Source of the DNA: Octopus bimaculoides
Lineage: Eukaryota
Direction: 5' to 3'
NCBI RefSeq assembly: GCF_001194135.2
Contig: NC_068983.1
Coordinates: 112,897,427-112,961,426 of the forward strand
Length of the DNA stretch: 64,000 nucleotides
Positions 1-11,650 of this stretch are shown one piece after another; the first letter of the stretch is position 1; every line of letters begins with the position of its first letter. The notes under the pieces are model-generated. The model was not told the origin of the DNA and made no database searches. It worked only from the letters and a program-made list of their open reading frames with translations. Position numbers and translations under genes: made by a program.

Positions 1-1800
1 GGTTAGATCTGGAATGAAAAGACTGATTTTAATCAGAATGCAGCTTGGATTGATGCAATCAAGAAGGATGCTGTAACAATATCAATAGTAAAACTTACAT
101 AATCAATTTTGAAACGTTTGTGGAAGCTGTAGCAAAATTGCATGTTGGGAAGGTACCAGGAAGTGACCTAATAATCAGATATTGGCAGAAGATGCTGATA
201 TTCTACAGAAAATTACTAATATACATATCTAAGAGAATTATGGAAGACCAGACTGACATACCAATAGCTTGCCATAGCACAGTCTAATTTGTAGCTAAGA
301 ATGGTAATACTGATTTGGCAGAAAACTATGGAGCCATTGCTTACTTAAACCTTATGTATAAATTTAACACAAGCTTTTTCAAACAATTCCTTCACAACCA
401 TTGCAAGTCCAACAGTGACAGATGAGTAGACTGGTGCAACTTTTGATAAAATACTTAAATGCACATACATACATATACATACACATAATGCATATATGTA
501 GTTATTTACTTTTCCACTAACTTCAGTCAGTGGATTGTAGCAATGGTGGAGCATTGCTTTGAAGGGGTTTAATTAAATGATTCAATCCCAGGACTTGCTC
601 TAAGTCTGTTACTTATTCTATCATTCACTTCTTGCCAAACAGCTAAGTTACAAGGACATAAGCAATCCAGTATTGATTATCAAGTGGTAAAGGACAGTCA
701 TACATACACACACACACACATCATATGAAGTTGTCTAAACAAAGACAGAGTGACCTGAGAATATTACACCAGACTTAGGAAAATATGGCAGTAGGAGATT
801 TTCCATTGATTACATGACAACATCCTACAATGCAAATAACAATACAGGTGCTTATATCGACATTTGGGGTACTTGGCTTCTCTGTGGAGCAAATCTACAC
901 TAGAAACATTAAAACCCACAATATCCTGATCTCAGTGTAAACTTCCACAGAAACAGTGGTTTGGAAGGGTCTAAGAATAAACCAAGGAAGCAGAGGTTTG
1001 AGATCAGTGCAGGCACTCTTCAAAAGATATATATCTCAGACAGCACCTTCTAAACAACAACAGCAAAAACGAATTCAAAACTCTAATGCTGACATGCAAA
1101 GATGGCAACATCCCAGAAGTTAACAGTGAGCTCCTCAGGAAGTACTCTCTTCCTGACATTCTTCTACACAACTTCAAAACAGCTGAACTAATATTCCTCA
1201 AAGAAGACTAGGGTGGGAAATGCTTAGTGTACCAAAAAAAGGACTGTGCATGGTTATGTATCCTGAAGACAGGAAGGTAACATCAATATCAATATGAAGT
1301 GCAGCTTTCCTTTGGACTTACAACTGCTATATCATATCACAGTTTGAAGGCTATGTGTTTGCAATTCATGAGCAGCAAAGTACTACAAAATACCCAATAA
1401 ACAAAAAAAAGTGAGTGAAGCCTTTGGAGCCACTAGATGTAACTAAAAAAGTTACTTATGTCACATTTCTGTGGATGACATCACATGTGATTAGTAGATG
1501 CCCCAAAATTTTATCAAAGTACTACTTCATCAAACTACTATCACTAAAATAATCTACAAAGCCATCCAAGGAAAATGACTGTCCTGAGATAAATACAGAG
1601 AATAATCTGTTAAATGAACACATATATAAACATCAATACAATTGTGGCATATATGCTGCAATGTACCTCTACATAGTGGCATATCATTATTTATTTTTTT
1701 AAAAACCTGAAGACTTGAGGATTCAATATAACATATTGCATAATCTTATAGATATTGCACATCTGTACATGCTTACTTGTATGATGCTACATCACATTAG
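1..1800 (+). mobile_element. Heavily decayed R4/Dong-like (RLE) non-LTR retrotransposon, interrupted by a SINE at ~505-725
   Basis: Broken-frame peptides: GKVPGSDLIIRYWQK (~146-190, like WKAPGPDG..FW.K); SQFEGYVFAIHEQQSTTKY (~1340-1395, parallels ETEGFLIAAQDQSLPTRNY of the 49660-50847 ORF); TSHVISRCPKILSKYY (~1478-1525, zinc-knuckle region). Confidence 0.6.
505..725 (-). mobile_element. Old SINE family B 3' part
   Basis: Degenerate match to the 57640-58045 copy (cagtc..gctggagca..ttattcta..ctaagtta..). Confidence 0.6.
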
Positions 1801-2419
1801 AATTTCTCGATGAAACATTTGTAGATATACCATAAAATCCATTTGTCTGTTTCATTATTGTATTATTCCAAGTTTCATTTAACTTTGTATACTCTGGGAT
1901 TTGTGGAATATCAAATACCAGTGAATTTCCCTTCATTGATTCCTCCTTTGCTAAGGAAATGGATAATTCAGTCTGTTGAATTGTGTCACATTTTCTAGCC
2001 ATCATTCATGGTGTGCTTCACGTTGATCTGCCTTCATCTATTCAATAAATCCTCATTGGCCGTCTTGCACTGTGTTCCCATTATAGCAGGAACTGCCTAA
2101 TTGTAATCTCTGCCAGATTCCCATTAAAACCCTAGAGAACACTATGCATAGAAGAAGAAGATAAAATACTAAAAATAGATTGCTGATCACATTGCAGCTT
2201 TGTAATTAAGTGTTTTTCTGACTCTTTCTTAATGGTGACCCCTATAGCTGGTTTGAATTGTGAAAAGAAACATTTTTTTTTTTAGATGAACCCAACACTT
2301 CGTCTGGTAAATGAGCATGGCCTAGACACTCTACATCTGAGGAAATTGGTGATATTTATTTTTTGTATGAAGGTGACTAATAATTTCAACTAATTTACTC
2401 TTACATCAGCAGAGAGTAT

Positions 2420-2775
2420 TATTAAACTGTGTAATGCTGGGACTCTATCTTGAAGAATTTTAGTCAAATGAAATGTCTCTAGGACTTACTTTTATTTTTG
2501 TAATTACTGGTACTTATTCTATCAGTTTTTTTTGCCAAACTGCAAGTTACAGGGACATAAACAGACTGCCATCAGTTATTAAGCAATGATGGGGTGGACA
2601 AACACAAATACACACACATACACACTCATATATGACTGGCTCCTTTCAGTTTCTGTCTACAAAATCCACTCACAAGGCTTTGATTGGGCTCAAGCCTATT
2701 GTAGAAGACTCTTTACTAAGGTGTCATGCAGTGAGACGGAGCCCAGAACCATGAGGTTGGGAAGCAGCACCTATG
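2420..2775 (-). mobile_element. Old SINE family B copy
   Basis: ggtacttattctatc..aagttacagggac..tttcagtttctgtctacaaaatccactcacaaggct shared with 57640-58045. Confidence 0.75.
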
Positions 2776-2815
2776 TGCATATTTATATATATATATTTAT
2801 ATTTGCAAATATATA

Positions 2816-2848
<33 letters not shown>

Positions 2849-2852
<4 letters not shown>

Positions 2853-3130
2853 AGAATTCATAAAAAAACAAAACACAAAGACAGGTGGTGTAGATAACAA
2901 ACATGCATTATTTTAACATTTAGGAAGTGAAAAAGTCTTTATTGTTTTGAGCCTACGCTCTTCCACAGAAAGGAACACAGAAAGAAACAAGGAGAGAAAA
3001 TAAAGAATGTGTAGTGGCTAACGATCTATCATGGCGAATGCCAGACAGAGGTGTCACACAGGGGAGCAAGGAAGAAGGGGAGATAATAAAGTCGCAGTGA
3101 TCCCAAACCGAAGGTGCCTGTGCATGTGTC
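2849..3130 (-). mobile_element. Penelope-like element 3' (pLTR-like) fragment abutting (TA)n
   Basis: Hammerhead-like motif ~90 nt from a 3' end that runs into the (TA)n at ~2815-2848; classification is inferred from that motif. Confidence 0.5.
2937..2972 (-). ncRNA. Degenerate minimal type I hammerhead ribozyme motif (C3-G8 core)
   Basis: Minus strand: cttt CTGTGGA a gagc-gtag-gctc aaaa caat aaag. Stem I cttt/aaag and stem II are perfect; A6>U, G12>A and stem III are mutated. Confidence 0.5.
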
Positions 3131-3434
3131 TAAGAGAGCATGTATGTGCATGTGGGAGAGGGCTGGTGACCTTGACATGTGCATGTGTGTATGTGTAGGT
3201 GTGTGGATGATGGTGTGGGGCTGGGAAGGGGTCAGTGATAGTGTGTGCATGGTGGTGTGATGTGGTATTGTGTGGTATGGTGTGGTGTGGTGTGGTGATG
3301 TTGGAGAGGTAAGGTCAAGTGCAGCAGCATGGGCAGGAGCAGGGGAACAAGCCAGGCTGGGAGGTTGGGTTACACACACACACATATATATATATGCATG
3401 TATGTACGTGTGTATATTTACAATACCTTCTTCC

Positions 3435-3580
3435 CAATTTCCATTCAACAAATTCACTCACAGAGCATTGGTCAACCTAGGGCTATATTAACAAAATGTT
3501 GCTCAGTGCTCTGGTACTTAACCTAAAGCAACAATATTGCATACCAAACTTCTTAACCACACAGTTATGCTTGTGCCATG
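3435..3580 (-). mobile_element. Old SINE family B head fragment
   Basis: ttcactcacagagcattggtc..cttcttaaccacacag, degenerate match to family B 5' half. Confidence 0.5.
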
Positions 3581-3618
3581 TGCATATGTATACATACATA
3601 TATATGTGTGTGTGTGTG

Positions 3619-5345
3619 CAGATATTTTGAGCATCTCTACAGTGATTCCTGACGGGCCGGGGGCTTTCCCGGTCTTCATACTCTTAATTGCTTTATCTAC
3701 TCTGGTACTATCAACTCGGGTAGCTGGTCCCTCTATTGGGTCGACATACGGCAGGCTCTCTTCCTCCCATTCATTCTCTTTATTAAGCAATCTATCGTAG
3801 TGGCATCTCCAGACCTCTTTCTTTGCCTCCTCATTTAGTGCAAGCGTACCATCATCCATGCGAACACATTTCTCTCCTACGACATCACTATTCTCTCTCC
3901 TACACTGTCTTGCAACACGAAATACCTCGAGTCTTTGGTCCTCACGGCGCAGAACNNNNNNNNNNNNNNNNNNNNNNNNNNNNNNNNNNNNNNNNNNNNN
4001 NNNNNNNNNNNNNNNNNNNNNNNNNNNNNNNNNNNNNNNNNNNNNNNNNNNNNNNNNNNNNNNNNNNNNNNNNNNNNNNNNNNNNNNNNNNNNNNNNNNN
4101 NNNNNNNNNNNNNNNNNNNNNNNNNNNNNNNNNNNNNNNNNNNNNNNNNNNNNNNNNNNNNNNNNNNNNNNNNNNNNNNNNNNNNNNNNNNNNNNNNNNN
4201 NNNNNNNNNNNNNNNNNNNNNNNNNNNNNNNNNNNNNNNNNNNNNNNNNNNNNNNNNNNNNNNNNNNNNNNNNNNNNNNNNNNNNNNNNNNNNNNNNNNN
4301 NNNNNNNNNNNNNNNNNNNNNNNNNNNNNNNNNNNNNNNNNNNNNNNNNNNNNNNNNNNNNNNNNNNNNNNNNNNNNNNNNNNNNNNNNNNNNNNNNNNN
4401 NNNNNNNNNNNNNNNNNNNNNNNNNNNNNNNNNNNNNNNNNNNNNNNNNNNNNNNNNNNNNNNNNNNNNNNNNNNNNNNNNNNNNNNNNNNNNNNNNNNN
4501 NNNNNNNNNNNNNNNNNNNNNNNNNNNNNNNNNNNNNNNNNNNNNNNNNNNNNNNNNNNNNNNNNNNNNNNNNNNNNNNNNNNNNNNNNNNNNNNNNNNN
4601 NNNNNNNNNNNNNNNNNNNNNNAACCCCAGCAGTCTGGTTCCCTCCTCATTGCAGGAACCGAAGCCATAGCCTCCATGTATGCCATGGAAGCCTCCAGCA
4701 CGACGTCCGACATGACCATTGAAGTCTCCAGTCACAAAGAGAAGGTCCCTGTCACTCGTCGATGAGGTAGTTTGCAAGAGGGTGTCATAGAATTGGTCTT
4801 TCAGACCATCTGGTAGCCCCGGTTGAGGTGCATAGGCTGAGATGACAGTAGCTAATCTATGACGAAGCACTAGTCTAATCTTAAGTACTCTGTCACTTAC
4901 TCTAACTACCTCGATTACCTTATCCACCCATTTCTCTGCTAGAAGTATACCTACGCCCCCGACCCCGTCAGTGTTCCCTGCCCCCAGAAAATCTTGTACT
5001 TGTGTTCTTTGCCTGTGAGGAACCTCCTCTCCATCTTACTTCCTGGAGCAGCACATATCTACGCGTCTCCGTTCAAGCATCTCAACAATTTCACCAGATC
5101 TACCTTTCAGCGTGCTGACGTTGAGAGTGCCAGTCCTAACAGTATGGGTGTTGGGGGTGTGGGCCTGTAGCCTGGGAAGGGGAAAAGCAGTGTCGTGTAC
5201 CTGAAAAGAAAACTTGCAATTGGAAGAATTCATAAGCAAAACAGTACCTACAACCTGCAAACATTACACAAACCTTATGCGCTACCCAAAGGTAGGGGAG
5301 AGGATGGCTGAGGCCACTAGATGGGTTCCGGGAGACAGCCGAGGA
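3619..5345 (-). mobile_element. RTE-clade LINE, 5' part (AP endonuclease to start of RT), 3'-truncated, with an internal gap
   Basis: ORFs 5036-5260 (GTLNVSTLKGRSGEIVEMLERRRVDMCC) and 3518-4927 (VISAYAPQ, GDFNGHVG, KSMKTGKAPGPSGITVEMLK) are APE and RT-N motifs; frameshift near 5036. Confidence 0.92.
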
Positions 5346-6354
5346 TNNNNNNNNNNNNNNNNNNNNNNNNNNNNNNNNNNNNNNNNNNNNNNNNNNNNNN
5401 NNNNNNNNNNNNNNNNNNNNNNNNNNNNNNNNNNNNNNNNNNNNNNNNNNNNNNNNNNNNNNNNNNNNNNNNNNNNNNNNNNNNNNNNNNNNNNNNNNNN
5501 NNNNNNNNNNNNNNNNNNNNNNNNNNNNNNNNNNNNNNNNNNNNNNNNNNNNNNNNNNNNNNNNNNNNNNNNNNNNNNNNNNNNNNNNNNNNNNTGTACC
5601 ACCAACCAGGAGATAGGCCTCTTAATCGTAGATTTTAAATATTTGAAATAATTATTTCTGCAATGAATACACCATACAATTTGTATTACATTTCCCAAGA
5701 AGATATCTGTAGAAACATATTATTCAATATGCTTAATAAACTTTTGCTGTCTCAATTCATGCTTAGCATGTCTCAGGTTCTAACTACATGTCAAATGTAA
5801 GGAGTGTTTCTTTGTGTGTGTCAGCTTTAGTTGAATAGCTAGCGTGCTTGGTCGTCGGCTACTGTAACAGAAGAAACTATGCAGTTTTGAACATGAACAA
5901 GAACACCAGCAGTGTTGTGGCTGTAGACTTATTGACTAGTTTCTGTAAATATGACCATTAATTAGAGAACAATAGAATTAAAATTTGCTGAATTTTCAAG
6001 CAAATTATTAATTAATGGTGCTTTTGAATAATTTATAAACAGCAAGTATTGAAACATAATGATTTCATTAAACAAAAGAGATTATTTAAAAAGAAGGAAA
6101 GAAAGAATTTCATTCCACTTCAATGATGATGATGCTAATGATTGGAAGGAGGGAGTGCTTCATAATGATTGTGACATTAATGCAAATAGATATAGTAATG
6201 ATTTTTTTTTATTGTGCTCAATGGGATATGCATGGTGATGATGGTGAACAAGTTATGCAGTTTTACATCTGTTTTTCAAATTAGTAATGGGCGGTATGGC
6301 ATTTACAAATTTGGACATTTGAATATTTTGAAAAAACATTTTTACAGCAGAATG

Positions 6355-6430
6355 TTTTTACTACTACTACTGCTACTATTACTACTACCACCACCACCAC
6401 TACCACCACCACTACTACTGCTGCTGCTAC
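6355..6430. repeat. Compound (CTA)n-(CCA)n-(CTG)n microsatellite
   Basis: Direct reading. Confidence 0.9.
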
Positions 6431-6499
6431 AGGATAATGCTTTTCATGTTGCTGAATGACTTTGGCTATCCCTGATTACATATGGAGATCCAGTATTCC

Positions 6500-6726
6500 A
6501 GACATACATGCATATATGTATGTAAACATATATATATATGTACATACACATACCCACACACACACAAATATATGTATGAGAGTGTGTATATACATATATA
6601 CATGAGTACATACATACACACACACAAATATATGTATGAGTGTGTGTATATACATATATACATTGGTACATACACACATAAATGTATGTGCATATATATA
6701 CATATATGTATATATATATATATATA
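6500..6726. repeat. TA/CA-rich array with a 60-bp tandem duplication
   Basis: Lines starting 6541 and 6601 share cacacaaatatatgtatgag.gtgtgtatatacatatata at exactly 60-bp spacing. Confidence 0.85.
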
Positions 6727-7127
6727 TTATGTGGCCTGTGTTTTCTGTACTTTGGTTATTATTATTTTTTGTCTACGTTTTGTTTGNNNNNNNNNNNNNN
6801 NNNNNNNNNNNNNNNNNNNNNNNNNNNNNNNNNNNNNNNNNNNNNNNNNNNNNNNNNNNNNNNNNNNNNNNNNNNNNNNNNNNNNNNNNNNNNNNNNNNN
6901 NNNNNNNNNNNNNNNNNNNNNNNNNNNNNNNNNNNNNNNNNNNNNNNNNNNNNNNNNNNNNNNNNNNNNNNNNNNNNNNNNNNNNNNNNNNNNNNNNNNN
7001 NNNNNNNNNNNNNNNNNNNNNNNNNNNNNNNNNNNNNNNNNNNNNNNNNNNNNNNNNNNNNNNNNNNNNNNNNNNNNNNNNNNNNNNNNNNNNNNNNNNN
7101 NNNNNNNNNNNNNNNNNNNNATGTGCA

Positions 7128-7139
<12 letters not shown>

Positions 7140-7160
<21 letters not shown>

Positions 7161-7476
7161 ATTACGCCACTCTACTCTTGACTGGATATCATCATAATCC
7201 ATCCGTGACTCTTCCACTTCTTCTCGTCCTCCTCCTACCTTTCTTCTTTCTACTTCCCATTCCAATATCTGACCATGTGTGCATCATTGACGATTTTCTT
7301 TCTCTGTCTTCCCTTCTTTGGACTTTTCCTATATTTTTGATGAAGTGCTCCACTCGAAACGTGAAATCCTCTTTCTTTTCTTTCCTTTTCTGAGCGTCCA
7401 ATAACGCTGTACTTATTCCATGTCCTCGCGTTGTTGTTTTTCATGCTTTTCTTGCTTGTTCATGTTTGAATTGACT
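7140..7476 (+). mobile_element. Penelope-like 3' fragment with hammerhead-like motif, ending at (TA)n
   Basis: Motif at 7333-7367 followed by a T-rich ~110-nt tail into (TA)n, the same layout as 2849-3130. Confidence 0.5.
7333..7367 (+). ncRNA. Degenerate minimal type I hammerhead ribozyme motif
   Basis: attt TTGATGA a gtgc-tcc-actc GAAA CGT g aaat. Stem I attt/aaat, ACGU palindromic stem III; position 17 is G (non-cleaving); two stem II mismatches. Confidence 0.55.
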
Positions 7477-7584
7477 ATATATATATATATATTCTGTTGT
7501 GTCTGGGAAGGGTCATTTTTTTATAGTGCCTTAAAATTTAACACACTCACCGGTAAAATTTCCACTTATTTTTCTTTTTATTTT

Positions 7585-7624
7585 CCTAAAATTTTCATTG
7601 CATCTTGCAACCTTATCAATAGTC
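7585..7624 (-). ncRNA. Minimal type I hammerhead ribozyme motif, U3-A8 core variant (best preserved copy)
   Basis: Minus strand: gacta TTGATAA g gttgc-aagat-gcaat GAAA ATT t tagg. Stem II is fully paired with one G-U, AAUU stem III, H17=U, 3-bp stem I cta/tag. Confidence 0.6.
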
Positions 7625-7626
7625 TT

Positions 7627-7666
7627 GACTATTGATAAGATTGGAAGACGCAGCGAAAATTTTAGG
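7627..7666 (+). ncRNA. Mirror-arm hammerhead motif, U3-A8 variant, stem II decayed
   Basis: gacta TTGATAA g attgg-aagac-gcagc GAAA ATT t tagg. Confidence 0.5.
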
Positions 7667-8079
7667 AAAATAAAAAGAAAAATAAGTGGAAATTTTACCG
7701 GTGAGTGTGTTAAATTTTAAGGCACAATAAGAAAATGACCCTCCCCAGACACAACAGAATATGCTTCAACACACGAAATCACATAAAAAATCTTGCAAAC
7801 CAAATCCCAAAACGAAATGTATATATATATGCCTACATATACACCACACACATGCTCACTAACACACCATGTTTCTACCTGGTTAATAATAATACAGTTC
7901 CCACCAGCGATACTTTAGTTTATTGTATAGAGTTAAGCATCATAATCTGGGTATATCAGATTTTCTACATTGTCATTTTTGATTCCTCTAAGTCACAACA
8001 ATATGGTAAAATAATTTTGACGATAATGAGCAAATTGATTTTCTCTCTCTGCACTTGTCATTAGGTTTAATATTTCAAA

Positions 8080-9780
8080 ATAGCAATTACATAATTCGCT
8101 GAGGAAGCAAGCTACATCCTTTTAATATTCTAGTGGTTCTTTGTACTGAGTTTTTCAGTTTAATTTTGTAAGTGACCTATGTGAAGCCTTTCATAGTAAG
8201 TGTACTGTTACGTGTTCTTTGTAGTTTATTGTAGAGAGACTAGAGGTTCATATGAGTTCTGATATATTTTTGGATGGATCTAATATATATTTCATACTCT
8301 TGTGCTGGTTGAATAGGATGAATAGGATTCTTTTGATTGCTTCTTACTGATTGTTTATGCATCCTTATGCATTATTTTTACACCCCTCTGTGTTTGCTTT
8401 GGTTTTGTGAAGTTGCTGGTAATAATCAATAGTCTTGTCTTTAATGTGTGCATGAAGCTTATGCTGTTAAGTGTGATGTTTGGTTGTCTCTCATTATATT
8501 TAATGTTAGTGGTAAGAAGAGATATAGCTACTATTGCTGCTGTTGTTAAAACCCAAGCCAGATCTGACTGAGTAGAATTATGACCAAAAGCATTCTAGGT
8601 ATGATCTATTTCATTCTCTTACTATGAACAATAAACCAAGACAAAATTATCCAAGTTCTTTTTCCTAAGACATTAGAATGTGAAAACAGATTATTTGGCT
8701 GCTATTTCTATTTCTAGGTAGTAAATTCACTCTAAACAGGTTCCCACTGATTTTATTAGGGACTACTTTTAGTTCATTTATATGGGACAAGAGTTCCAGT
8801 GTAGGAGCTGTATGAAAATATGTCATTTGAGAAGAATAAAAATTTATTGCTTCATACCATTTAAGCAATTACTGATTTTAGACGTAACACTGTACTTTAT
8901 GTATGTTCTGGTGAACTGAGAGATATCTTACCAACCATGTGCTTACTTTGTTTATTAGGAAGGCATCTAATATCTTCTTTAGGAATAGGCCGTTGGGAAT
9001 AAAGTTTTCTCAACAATAGTTAAAAAAGTGCCTGTTTATTCTTTTACTTTTTTATTATATTTTTTCTCCACTTTTGTTAAACTACCATTCATTCTTTCTC
9101 TGAAGTTTAAAAAATGCTGTAGTAGTCAAGTGCTTGAGTGTAAGGGTTTGAATTCAAATTCAATGGAAGAATTGTTGATGAAACAAATGTGTATTTATCT
9201 CAGAATTATTAGTGTAGTCATAGGAATCATGTGGATCTGTGTAATTTTATTCCAGTTTCTTTTGTTAAGGACTTAGAATGATTATTCTGTTCCAGTTCTT
9301 TATTGAGGATTTGATAATGTTAAAGACATTGGTTTGAACAATATTTGTTTTAAGCCTTAAGTGATTTTTGTGTGTATAGTTATGCTTCCAGTGGGCCCTA
9401 AGGCTTCGAGTTTTTTTTTATATAAATTATTAATACTTTCTGTTGTCTGATGAAAGAGAACAGTTAAGATACTGGAAGTTATGTTACACATTGCATTTTT
9501 TGTGTTTAGACTTCTTTGAATGTTTTCTGGCAATATATAGTTTGGAAAAGTGTTTGATAAGAGAATTTAATTGTTGTTGAAGTGTTGGTGTTATTTGAAG
9601 TGGGTATTGCAGCATAGGATGTGGTGTAGCCATTATTAGATTTGTTCATGCTGTTATTACTTTCTAAATATTTTATTGCTTATTTTCGTGATTTTCAGTT
9701 TGCATTTTCTTCTCTTTGATATACTTTCTATGTTGCCACTTTCCATAGTTTCATAATGCGAAGTTCCTTTTAATGTTATT
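8080..9780 (-). mobile_element. Very old Penelope-like (RT C-term/GIY-YIG) remnant
   Basis: Minus-strand peptides NNGY (~9625-9637) and LFLKKILDAFLI (~8950-8990) resemble PLE motifs; many stops and frameshifts. Confidence 0.35.
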
Positions 9781-10584
9781 ATTGTTATTACTTCCACCTA
9801 TGCAAAGGCGGAGGTATTGTTTTCATTTGTGTTTGTGGTTTGCTTGTTTGTCCGTGGACAAAATATCTCAAAAACCATTGGGTGGATTTAGATGAAACTT
9901 TCAGGGATGTTTGGCTTTGTGACTGGCACAGTCTCGTTAGATTTTGGGATCGATCCGGTACCGGACAAGGGTTCTGAATTATCTTCTATTTTATAAAATA
10001 GAGATGTGTGCATATTCACTTTTAATGTGAAAACGGCTTCACTAATTACTTCCATACTTCTGATGCATGAATAATTTGACCGTGGACATATAATATAGGC
10101 TTTATTTGATGTTTTTAATAAAATCTAAAAAAAATAAAAACTATTGCTTTTTATATTACATTCACATCTTTCAATGATTTTTAAATATTTACTTCCGGTT
10201 TTCTACCGTCAGTGACGTAACATATCTCTTTATGTATATCTCTCTATCTATATCTCTTGTTTTCATTTTCATTTTTCAGACACTGTTCTTTTCACTTTCA
10301 ATTTTCATACGCCATTGTTTCACTTTCATGTTATTGTTTTCACTTTAAGTCAAAATTTTGAATCGCTATTTACAAACAAACGACAAAGTACTGACAGAAA
10401 GAAGTTCACAGTTACTGATGTAAGTAATTTCATAATTTACTGACAGAATTATCTTCATTAATTTCACTTCAATCCGTACGGTTTCGTATTTTTCTGTTGT
10501 CGACAGTTTCTTTCTGGTTCCTTCTATACTGGCTCTTTGCTTCACTGAGTGATAAATTTCGCTTCAACCCATACAATACTTTAT

Positions 10585-11007
10585 TGGTAATTTTCAAGTT
10601 TAGGGAGGTAAAAAAAGTAAATAAAAATATACAAGGGAAATAACTTAACGTTTTACTAGTATTATCAGTACTACTCAGAAATGTGTTTTTTTTTTTTTAG
10701 CTGTTTATAAATAAATCACACGTGTTTTTTTTTTTTAACAATTCCGCATAGTACTAAACAATCCTCGCAGGTAAACTTATTCCTAATAAACCGACTGCGC
10801 GCACACCATTCCAGCATTTTGTGTCTTGAACTGCTGCATAATTCACTAATATTCTTCTAATATTATTTGACGAGTGAGGATTTCATTTTGAGGAACAATA
10901 AGTTGTTGTGCAACCGGTCTTCCACGGATAATACTAGTGAGACGTTAAGTTATTTCCCTTGTATTTTTTATTTACTTTTTTTACGTTCCTAAACTTGAAG
11001 ATTACCA
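10585..11007. repeat. ~82-bp inverted repeats (10585-10666 / 10927-11007) around a 260-bp core
   Basis: tggtaattttcaagtttaggg..gggaaataacttaacg..actagtattatc is the reverse complement of gataatactagt..cgttaagttatttccc..cctaaacttgaagattacca. Confidence 0.9.
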
Positions 11008-11054
11008 CTTTATTTTCTGCCCGTCATATTAAGAAACACAATTTCCGTTACCAA

Positions 11055-11650
11055 GTTATTTTCATTGCTTACTATTTTCTGCACTCGTGGATTTCTGTAT
11101 ACATGATATAACCATGCATAGAAAGAAAATATCAAATTTGTTGGTATATCTACTGATTTCTGTCCCCACTCCCACCAAATTTCAATGATCATAACTTTCA
11201 GAAAAATAGATATTTTTTAATAAAATGTTCTACGAATATGTGTTTTATCATGACCATTTCGTATCATGTGTTGTATCTTGTCCATTTTTTATCATGTCCA
11301 TATATACAATTTTGGGGTGTAAGTGTTTATTTCCATTGTTTACTATCTCCTGCACTCGTGTATTTCTGTATACATATATAACCATACGCAGAAAGAAAAT
11401 GTCAAATTTGTCGGCATAACTATACATCACCAAATTTCGATAATCATAACTTTTAGAAAAATGGATATTTTTTAATAAAATTTCCTACGAATATGTATTG
11501 TATCATGTCCATTTCGAATATATACAATTTTGGTGATGGCAGATTAAGTGTTTTAGGAGGGGGTGGGGGAATTTCTGAAAATTCACTGGAGTCTACTTCA
11601 ATTCGTCTTCACTTTCAAGAAAATGGATATTTTTTTAATGATATTTTCTA
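11055..11650. repeat. Degenerate direct repeats (two ~200-bp copies ~270 bp apart, plus a partial third)
   Basis: ctgcactcgtg.atttctgtataca..agaaagaaaat.tcaaatttgt..atcataacttt.agaaaaat.gatattttttaataaaat recurs at ~11070 and ~11340; partial copy at ~11615. Confidence 0.85.

Larger units (their letters stand above)
7489..7762. repeat. 274-bp near-perfect palindrome, each arm carrying a hammerhead-like motif
   Basis: Symmetry axis at 7625/7626 (agtc-tt-gact); ends atattctgttgtgtctggg / cccagacacaacagaatat; both ends are equidistant from the axis. Confidence 0.95.

Noticed and set aside
5835-5870. CpG-rich mini hairpin tagctagcg/cgtcggcta
   Set aside because: Only ~8 pairs with mismatch and wobbles; too weak to call.
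7489-7762. miRNA precursor interpretation of the long palindromes
   Set aside because: Arms are far longer than pre-miRNAs and carry repeat-terminus features; better explained as element-derived.
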